A DNA stretch of 51,324 bases from Planctomycetaceae bacterium (GTDB lineage Bacteria > Actinomycetota > UBA4738 > HRBIN12). The position numbers and the translations under genes are program-made. The notes beneath the pieces are model-generated. The model was given only the letters and a program-made list of their open reading frames with translations, ran no database searches and was not told the origin of the DNA. Of the stretch, positions 45,295-51,324 are shown piece after piece (position 1 is the first letter of the stretch; every line of letters starts with the position of its first letter). The stretch is from contig JBLMXP010000102.1 of the NCBI GenBank assembly GCA_050257835.1, positions 1 through 51,324 of the forward strand, given 5' to 3'.

Positions 45295-45630
45295 ATGACG
45301 ACCGACCAGCTCAGCCTCACGTTCCAGGCCCTCGCCGACCCGACGCGACGGGCGATCTTGGCGCGCCTGGCGCGGGGTGAGGCGACCGTCAACGAGCTGG
45401 CAGAGCCGTTCCCCATCACCCTGCAGGCGGTCTCGAAGCACCTGAAGGTGCTCGAGCGTGCGGGGCTGATCACCCAGACCCGTTCGGCGCAGTGGCGCCC
45501 CTGCCGCTTGCGCGCCGAGCCCCTGGGGGATGCCGACGAGTGGCTGGAGCGCTACCGCCGGTTCTGGGAGGAGAGTTTCGACCGTCTCGAGGAGCACCTG
45601 CGCGAGATGCAGGAAGGAGCACAGCGATGA
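45295..45630 (+). CDS. ArsR/SmtB-family transcriptional regulator
   Basis: 111 aa with ALADPTRRAILARL and the wHTH segment VNELAEPFPITLQAVSKHLKVLERAGLI. Confidence 0.9.
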   Translation: MTTDQLSLTFQALADPTRRAILARLARGEATVNELAEPFPITLQAVSKHLKVLERAGLITQTRSAQWRPCRLRAEPLGDADEWLERYRRFWEESFDRLEEHLREMQEGAQR

Positions 45631-46109
45631 TGAACGTCGCCGACGTCACGATCGTGAGGGTCTTCGACGCCCCGCGGGCCCTCGTGTGGCGCGCCTTCAC
45701 CGACCCCGATCAACTGGCCCGCTGGTGGGGCCCGCATGGGTTCACGACGCCGCTCGCCGAGTTCGTCCCGCACGTGGGCGCCCCACTGCGCCTCGAGATG
45801 CGCGACCCCGACGGGGTCACGGTGGCCACGATCGGGGAGGTGATCGAGGTCACCGAGCCGTCGCGGCTCGCCTTCTCCACCGAGGCGTTCCACGACGAGA
45901 ACGGCGAGCCCCAACTCGAGGGTCACGTCACGGTGACCTTCGTCGAGCATGAGGACAGGACCGAGGTCACCGTGCACTCGGTGCTGACGAAGCTCGGTCC
46001 CGGATTGGAAGCGGCTGGCGCCGGCATGGAGCAGGGCTGGCGCGAGAGCCTGGACAAGCTCGCCGAGGACCTGCGGCAGACCGTCCTGAAGATGCGGCAC
46101 GACACCTGA
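45627..46109 (+). CDS. AHSA1/SRPBCC-family protein
   Basis: ATGA overlap with the arsR stop. Motifs are RVFDAPRALVWRAFTDPDQLARWWGP and GWRESLDKL. Confidence 0.85.
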   Translation: MMNVADVTIVRVFDAPRALVWRAFTDPDQLARWWGPHGFTTPLAEFVPHVGAPLRLEMRDPDGVTVATIGEVIEVTEPSRLAFSTEAFHDENGEPQLEGHVTVTFVEHEDRTEVTVHSVLTKLGPGLEAAGAGMEQGWRESLDKLAEDLRQTVLKMRHDT

Positions 46110-46123
46110 GGAAGGACCGACCG

Positions 46124-46588
46124 ATGAGCGACGCGGAACGCGGCTACACGATCACCCGGGTCTTCGAGGCGCCGCGCGAGCTGGTGTGGCGCGCGTGGAC
46201 CGAGCCCGACCAGTTCGCCCGGTGGTGGGGCGGCGCCCAGACCCGCGTGGAGGACGTGTCGATGGACGTCCAGCCGGGCGGCTCGTGGCGGGCGACGATG
46301 ATCCTGCCCGACGGCAGCCAGATCGGCTGGTCCGGGCGGTTCGAAGCGGTGGAGGAGCCGTCACGGCTCGAGATGACCCTCACCGACGGCACCGGCGGCC
46401 CCGACGAGTTCGAGCTCTTCACCGTCACCCTCGCGGAGGTCGAGCGCGGCACCGAGCTGACGCTCCGTCAAAGCGGCGGCCATCTCAGCGATGAGGAGTA
46501 CGCGCGGGCGAAGCAGGGCACCGGGACCTTCCTGGACGAGATGGCGGCGCTCCTCGCCGACCAGCTCAAGATGCGCCACGACACGTGA
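46124..46588 (+). CDS. AHSA1/SRPBCC-family protein, paralog
   Basis: It has RVFEAPRELVWRAWTEPDQFARWWG and the same C-terminal heptapeptide LKMRHDT as the preceding gene. Confidence 0.85.
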   Translation: MSDAERGYTITRVFEAPRELVWRAWTEPDQFARWWGGAQTRVEDVSMDVQPGGSWRATMILPDGSQIGWSGRFEAVEEPSRLEMTLTDGTGGPDEFELFTVTLAEVERGTELTLRQSGGHLSDEEYARAKQGTGTFLDEMAALLADQLKMRHDT

Positions 46589-46718
46589 CGGTCGCTCGAA
46601 GGGAGCGTCGGCTCGCGGAGAGGCCCGGGCGTCCAGGTGAGACGTCGCTCGGGCACCGCAGGGAGCCCACCTGACGCAACGGGCCTACCATGGGTTCAAC
46701 CCACGAGGAGGACGCACC

Positions 46719-46952
46719 ATGGTCGACGCATACATCCTGCTCCAGACCGAGGTCGGGAAGGCCACTCCCGTGACGGGCAAGGTTCGAGGCATCGCCGGCG
46801 TCACCGACGCCCAGCATGTGACGGGTCCGTACGACGTGGTCGTGCGCGCGCAGGCCGAAACCCTGGATGAGCTCGCACAGCTCGTCTCCGCGCGCATCCA
46901 GGCGATCGACTCGGTCACGCGCACGCTGACGTGCCCGATCGTCCATCTCTGA
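46719..46952 (+). CDS. Stand-alone Lrp/AsnC ligand-binding (RAM) domain protein
   Basis: 77 aa, preceded by GAGGAGGA. Blocks include AYILLQTEVGK, VTGPYDVVVRAQA and LDELAQLV. There is no HTH. Confidence 0.75.
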   Translation: MVDAYILLQTEVGKATPVTGKVRGIAGVTDAQHVTGPYDVVVRAQAETLDELAQLVSARIQAIDSVTRTLTCPIVHL

Positions 46953-47066
46953 GTCGGCTCCTTCACGACGGAGAGACCTTCGCGATCGATCGGAGGATCG
47001 GCCCGTAGGCTGGTGTATCCCGTACACGGACGGTCCCCAGCCGACCCGAGGGATGGAGTTCCGATC

Positions 47067-47651
47067 ATGCGCAAACTCATCGCGACGGTGTTCAACTACT
47101 CAGTCGACGGCCTGCTGGCCGACGAGGGAACCGACTTCTGGGACTTCTGCTTCAGCCTGCCCGAGAACCGTGTTCCCGACGACCAAGCGCAGCTGGACTT
47201 CATCCAGGGCGCGTACGCGCACGTCATGGGTCGCACCGCCTACGAAGCCATCTCCAAGGCCATGATGACGGCCACCGACCACCCGTTCTCCGGCATCCTG
47301 ACGGCCGGGCGAAAGGTCGTCTTCTCCCGGAGCCTGAAGACCGCCGAGTGGGCCAACACGACCATCGCCGCCGGCGACACGGTCGACGAGGTCGACGAGC
47401 TCAGGCGAGGCGGTGACGGCCACATCGTGGTCTGGGGCGGCGTCCGCCTCTGGCGGTCGCTGATGCAGCTCGACCTGATCGACGAGCTTCATGTGAGCAT
47501 GTACCCCTACGTTGCGGGCGAGGGTACCCGACTGTTCGAGGGCGTTCCCCGGTCCTACCAACTCGACCTGATCTCCAGCACTCCCTCCGGCAGCGGGATC
47601 GTCGAGCTGCGGTACCGCCGGCACCGCGACCCGGCGGCCGAGCCACGATGA
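47067..47651 (+). CDS. Dihydrofolate reductase-like (RibD C-terminal domain) family protein
   Basis: Starts at MRKLIATVFNYSVDG. Motifs include VMGRTAYE, HIVVWGG and LIDELHVSMYPYVAGEGTRLF. Confidence 0.8.
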   Translation: MRKLIATVFNYSVDGLLADEGTDFWDFCFSLPENRVPDDQAQLDFIQGAYAHVMGRTAYEAISKAMMTATDHPFSGILTAGRKVVFSRSLKTAEWANTTIAAGDTVDEVDELRRGGDGHIVVWGGVRLWRSLMQLDLIDELHVSMYPYVAGEGTRLFEGVPRSYQLDLISSTPSGSGIVELRYRRHRDPAAEPR

Positions 47652-48109
47652 CGCCGGGCAAGCTCCTGCGTCCGCTGGCCGGGGTCGTCGTCGCCATGAT
47701 CCTCGGGGCCTGCTCCGGTCTTGCCCGTGAGCCGGCGGGAAGGCTCGCCTACCCGGGCGCGGTGCTCACGAAGACGGATCAGAGCGTCGGGGATGCGAAC
47801 CAGGTGACGCGATGGTATTCGACCCCCTCGCGGCCGACCGCGGCCCAGGTGTTCTCCTGGTACGAGGCGCACCTGACCGCGATGGGGTACACGTCGGTCG
47901 CGCCGCCCGACGTCATCGGGTCCACCGAGCACCCCGTCTCGGAGCTGTTCGATCCCCCGAACGGCTCGAGCAACGACGTCGACGTCGGCGTCCAGGTCGT
48001 CGGGCCCCTCTCCCCGGACCAGGCACGGACGACAGGTGGCGACCGGCCGGCTTCACACCGGACCCTCCGACTGCCCGTCTCCGAGATCGACGTCACGATC
48101 GGCAACTAG
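47648..48109 (+). CDS. Hypothetical lipoprotein
   Basis: ATGA overlap with the preceding stop. The signal-plus-lipobox is VVVAMILGAC. Confidence 0.6.
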   Translation: MTPGKLLRPLAGVVVAMILGACSGLAREPAGRLAYPGAVLTKTDQSVGDANQVTRWYSTPSRPTAAQVFSWYEAHLTAMGYTSVAPPDVIGSTEHPVSELFDPPNGSSNDVDVGVQVVGPLSPDQARTTGGDRPASHRTLRLPVSEIDVTIGN

Positions 48110-48220
48110 GCGAGCGACGAACGCGCGGCAACCGCAGCGGCCGGTAGGCGGCCGCACCCCTTGTGCCGGCTTCTCGCGGCGTGCTGGAATCGCCCGCGTC
48201 GAGCCGAAGGGGGTTGGGGG

Positions 48221-48964
48221 ATGCACGGCAGACGGACACGTCGGCCATCGCCGGCGATGGTGGTCGCTTCGTTGGCCCTGACGTTGAACCTGGCGGGGAT
48301 CGCGTACGCCGCGACCGGCGGGAACTTCGTCCTCGGGGCCAAGAACACGGCCAACAAGACGACCGCGCTCGTGGGAACGCCGGCCAAGGGCCCGACGCTC
48401 TCGGTCGTGAACCAGACGGCCGGTCACGCGGCCGCCGCGTTCCACACGAGCAGCACCGCTCAGCCGTTCACCGTCTCGTCGTCCACGACGGTCGGCGGGC
48501 TGAGCGCCGACCTGCTCGACGGACTGTCCTCGGCCGCGTTCCAGAAGTCGAAGGACCTCGTCAGGCTGGACGCGGTGGTGAACTTCGGGCAGTCCAAGAG
48601 CTGGGACGTCGGCCCGTACATCACGCTCTACGCGGACTGCACCGGAACGTCCGGGAACGACACGTTCACGCAGAGGCTCCTGAACAACACGCCGTCCGCG
48701 GGGCAGTGGACCAGCGGGGAGATCGCCGGCGTCAACGCCACCAACCCGGCAACCGCCGAGTTGCACGGCGGATCAGCCGCTTCGGGCCTCGACACGCAGA
48801 TCTCGAAGGAGACGAACCCGGCGTCGAGCAGCCTGGTGGGGCCGAGCGTCTGGGAGAACGTGGTCTGGCGGGATGAAAGCGGGGAAACCGTCACCGCCGA
48901 CTACACGGCCGTCGCCTACACCAACTACTGCGAGATCACGGGCACGCTCACCCGCGCGACCTAG
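48221..48964 (+). CDS. Secreted hypothetical protein
   Basis: The ATG at 48221 is followed by a signal peptide ending AYA. The mature N-terminal module FVLGAKNTANKTTALVG..GPTLSVVN..FTVSSSTTVGGLSADLLDGLSS resembles a recurrent module in uncharacterised secreted actinobacterial proteins. Confidence 0.62.
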   Translation: MHGRRTRRPSPAMVVASLALTLNLAGIAYAATGGNFVLGAKNTANKTTALVGTPAKGPTLSVVNQTAGHAAAAFHTSSTAQPFTVSSSTTVGGLSADLLDGLSSAAFQKSKDLVRLDAVVNFGQSKSWDVGPYITLYADCTGTSGNDTFTQRLLNNTPSAGQWTSGEIAGVNATNPATAELHGGSAASGLDTQISKETNPASSSLVGPSVWENVVWRDESGETVTADYTAVAYTNYCEITGTLTRAT

Positions 48965-48977
48965 GGGCGGACGCCGT

Positions 48978-48995
48978 CGGCGCCGGCCGGCGCCG
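48978..48995. terminator. Bidirectional GC palindrome between convergent genes
   Basis: CGGCGCCGGCCGGCGCCG is a perfect 18-nt palindrome in the 41-nt spacer between the stops at 48964 and 49006. Confidence 0.4.
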
Positions 48996-49005
48996 AGCCG
49001 AACGG

Positions 49006-50604
49006 CTACTCGATGTAGCCGAGGCCCCGGAGGTGCTCCTCCATCTCGTCGGCCTCGGTGTCGCTGACCCCGGCTTCGTTGCCCATCCCGGGGATGCCCG
49101 CCCCCGCCGACGATGCCTCCGTCGCCTCGCGCTCGGTGAGCTTCGCCTCGGACCCGACGATCTCGTGCAGCACCCGCCCGGTGGGCTTCACGGCCGTCGG
49201 GGCGTCGAGCGCCGCGACGAGCGTCGGCGCCATGTCGATCAGCGCCGGCGGCTGCTCGAACGGCTTCGCCTTCGGCCCGACCGCCACGATCACACCTTCG
49301 ATCCGGTGGTCGCCGCTCACCCAGTCGGCGTCCTCGATCGCGGACTTCGCGTGCGTGAGCGAGTAGCCCTCGGCGGGAACCATCAGGATGTCGGGTGCGG
49401 TCTCCGCGTAGCGGCCTTTGAAGACCTCCTCGCGCTTGTGGATCTCCTTGACCGGCTTCTTGCCCGTCTTGGGGTCCACGTAGTTGCCGAGGCGGTCCAT
49501 CAGCGCCTCGCGGACCTTCTCGAAGTCGCCGGGGTCGACCACGCCGTCGATCTCGCGCCCCGCGAGGTTCACGGAAACGCCCTCGCCCGTCGAGCGGATC
49601 GTCGTGTACGCCCGGGTCTTCGCCCAGTTCACGGGCTGCGGGAGCGACACCTTCCCGTGCAGGCCGAGGGTGTCGTAGACCTTGCGCGCGATCTTGCGCA
49701 TCGGCCCCCACTGCATCGGTCCGAGCACCGCGTTCGACGCCGTGAACTCGAGGTAGCCGAACTCCTTGAGCATCCGGTCCATGTTGATCGTGCGGGTGCA
49801 CGACTGGAACCCGTGGTCGGAGATGAACAGGATGATGTCGTCCTCGCGCGCCCGCGAGACGAACGACCCGATCGCCTCGTCGGTCTGGCGGAAGATGTCG
49901 GCGACCTTCTTCCCGATCCGCGTGTCCTTGTTCTTCACGTAGTCCGGGTGGTCGGGCGCGACGTAGTTGCTGAGCGCGTGCTGCGTCCGGTCGATCGAGA
50001 CCCAGACGCTCGCCATCAGGTCCCACTCGGTGTTGTCCATCAGCCATTCGGCGACCTTGATCCGCTTGGCCGTGACCTCGTAGGCCTCGTCGAGGTAGGG
50101 GTCCGGCTTGTTGTGGTAGGTCGTCCACGACATCCCGTTGATCGGCCAGTCGAGCCCTGCCTTCGAGAGCGTCTCGGGCAGGTCGTCCGGCGCCGTGAAG
50201 GTCCGGTTCTTCGGCAGGACCCCCCCGGCCAGCAGGCTCCCGTGCACCTTCGGCGGCGGGAACGTGAGGGGTACGTCCACCATCAGCACGTTCTTGTCCG
50301 CCGCGGTCAGGTCGTCCAGGAACGTCCGCGCCTTGATCGACTTGTAGGTGACCGGGTACTGCTTGTGCGTCCCCGGCACCGTCTCGAGGATGTCGTAGAC
50401 GCCGTGGTCCACCGGGTCGACCCCGGTCAGGAACGAGGGCCACGCCGCCCAGGAGTGCGTCGGCACCGTCGAGCGCAGGACGTCGCGCTGCCCCCGGTCG
50501 AGCAACGCCTGCAGGTTCGGCAAGGCCCCCTGCTCCAGCAACGGGTCCAGGATGCGCCAGTCCGCGCCGTCCCAGGCGATCAAGATCACTCGTGACATCA
50601 GCAA
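49006..50604 (-). CDS. Alkaline-phosphatase-superfamily protein (type I phosphodiesterase/nucleotide pyrophosphatase-like)
   Basis: 532 aa. Blocks include VILIAWDGADW, VPTHSWAAWPSFLTG and FISDHGF. There is no signal peptide, and the C-terminal tail is acidic. Confidence 0.8.
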   Translation of the reverse strand: MLMSRVILIAWDGADWRILDPLLEQGALPNLQALLDRGQRDVLRSTVPTHSWAAWPSFLTGVDPVDHGVYDILETVPGTHKQYPVTYKSIKARTFLDDLTAADKNVLMVDVPLTFPPPKVHGSLLAGGVLPKNRTFTAPDDLPETLSKAGLDWPINGMSWTTYHNKPDPYLDEAYEVTAKRIKVAEWLMDNTEWDLMASVWVSIDRTQHALSNYVAPDHPDYVKNKDTRIGKKVADIFRQTDEAIGSFVSRAREDDIILFISDHGFQSCTRTINMDRMLKEFGYLEFTASNAVLGPMQWGPMRKIARKVYDTLGLHGKVSLPQPVNWAKTRAYTTIRSTGEGVSVNLAGREIDGVVDPGDFEKVREALMDRLGNYVDPKTGKKPVKEIHKREEVFKGRYAETAPDILMVPAEGYSLTHAKSAIEDADWVSGDHRIEGVIVAVGPKAKPFEQPPALIDMAPTLVAALDAPTAVKPTGRVLHEIVGSEAKLTEREATEASSAGAGIPGMGNEAGVSDTEADEMEEHLRGLGYIE

Positions 50605-50704
50605 GCCTCGTTTCCGCAGGTCAGGAACGAGCGGAGTCTATCGAAGAGGGCGACGAAGCTCGCCGGAAGATCCAGGACGTCGCGCGAAGGCATGATGCCT
50701 GTCT

Positions 50705-51324
50705 ATGAAGTCCCTCGGTGTCCGACGGTTGAACCGGACGCTGCTCGACCGGCAGCTGCTCCTGCGTCGCCGGCGCGGGCCGGGCCTGGAGCTCGTCGCG
50801 CGGCTCGTCGGGCTCCAGGCGCAGGTGCCGCGAGATCCATACGTCGCGCTGTGGGGGCGGATCGAGGGGTTCGCGCCGGGGGAGTTGGCCGGCGCCATGC
50901 TCGAGCGGCGCGCGGTGAGGTTGACGCTGCTGCGGGGGACCCTGCACCTCGTCACGGCCGAGGATGCGCTTCGGATCCGGCCGGTGATGCAGCCCGTGCT
51001 GGAGCGGGTCCTGCACCGGCAGAGCCCGTTCGGGCGGGATCTCGAGGGGCTCGACGTCGCCGAGCTGACGCGATTCGGGGCGGCGCTGCTGGAGGAGCGG
51101 CCGCGGACGCGGGCGCAGCTGGCGGCACCGCTCACTGAGCGGTGGCCGGACAAGGACGGGGCGTCCCTCGCCTACGCGCTCACCTATCTCCTGCCGCTCG
51201 TGCAGGTGACGCCGCGCGGGGTGTGGGGTCGGACCGGGCCGTCGGCCTTCACGACGGTCGAGCACTGGCTCGGGCGGCCGCTCGAGAGCTCGGCCGACCC
51301 GGAGCCGTTGATCCTCCGGTACCT
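50705..51324 (+). CDS. Winged-helix DNA-binding domain protein (YcaQ/DUF1006-like), 5' partial, runs off the window
   Basis: This is my own translation from the ATG at 50705: MKSLGVRRLNRTLLDRQLLLRRR..LVARLVGLQAQVPRDPYVALWGRIEGF..RAVRLTLLRGTLHLV. The frame is open to the window end with strong GC3 bias. It is absent from the ORF track because it has no stop. Confidence 0.7.
   Translation, partial: MKSLGVRRLNRTLLDRQLLLRRRRGPGLELVARLVGLQAQVPRDPYVALWGRIEGFAPGELAGAMLERRAVRLTLLRGTLHLVTAEDALRIRPVMQPVLERVLHRQSPFGRDLEGLDVAELTRFGAALLEERPRTRAQLAAPLTERWPDKDGASLAYALTYLLPLVQVTPRGVWGRTGPSAFTTVEHWLGRPLESSADPEPLILRY

Noticed and set aside
46686-46706. tRNA-like T-loop sequence TGGGTTCAACCCA
   Set aside because: The loop is only 5 nt, and there are no acceptor, D or anticodon arms around it. 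It lies in the leader just before the RBS of the RAM-domain gene.
48773-50595. ORFs 48773..50443 (-) and 49033..50595 (+)
   Set aside because: These are alternative frames over the alkaline-phosphatase-family gene 49006..50604. Only that frame has recognisable motifs and a balanced composition.

Overview
The window is very GC-rich (about 70% by eye, not computed) and densely coding. Frequent GTG/TTG starts, many ATGA/GTGA stop-start overlaps and long Arg/Pro/Gly-rich shadow ORFs on the opposite strand or in other frames give it an Actinomycetota-like style. I support about 52 protein-coding genes. I saw no rRNA, tRNA, CRISPR array, transposase or integrase.

The dominant theme is ion homeostasis:
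- K+: kdpFABC plus two KimA-like APC transporters
- H+: a membrane pyrophosphatase
- F-: DUF190-crcB-crcB
- Na+/H+: nhaA
- Ca2+/cation: two CaCA exchangers
- Fe2+: feoB-feoA
- Polyamine-type ABC importer

The rest is housekeeping or accessory: a DUF1998 helicase, an LCP protein, a flippase, an amidohydrolase, an AlkA-like glycosylase, a class III cyclase, an ArsR-AHSA1 cassette and lipoproteins.

The most unusual part is the K+ module at 6..15079:
- KdpD is disassembled. A stand-alone N-terminal KdpD/Usp protein lies convergent to kdpFABC, and two kinases begin directly at the membrane domain, with one kdpE.
- A KimA-like transporter with a tandemly duplicated cytoplasmic domain sits among the regulators.
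- kdpFABC carries two extra translationally coupled ORFs: a 27-aa hydrophobic peptide before kdpF and a 111-aa soluble protein after kdpC.
- The KdpD N-terminal gene appears co-transcribed with hppA and a small OB-fold protein.

Other points worth follow-up are a protein with a duplicated CxxC-x34-CxxH motif coupled to a histidine phosphatase, and a FeoA with an 8-Cys N-terminal extension encoded after feoB. All family assignments come from motif recognition by eye, not from database searches.
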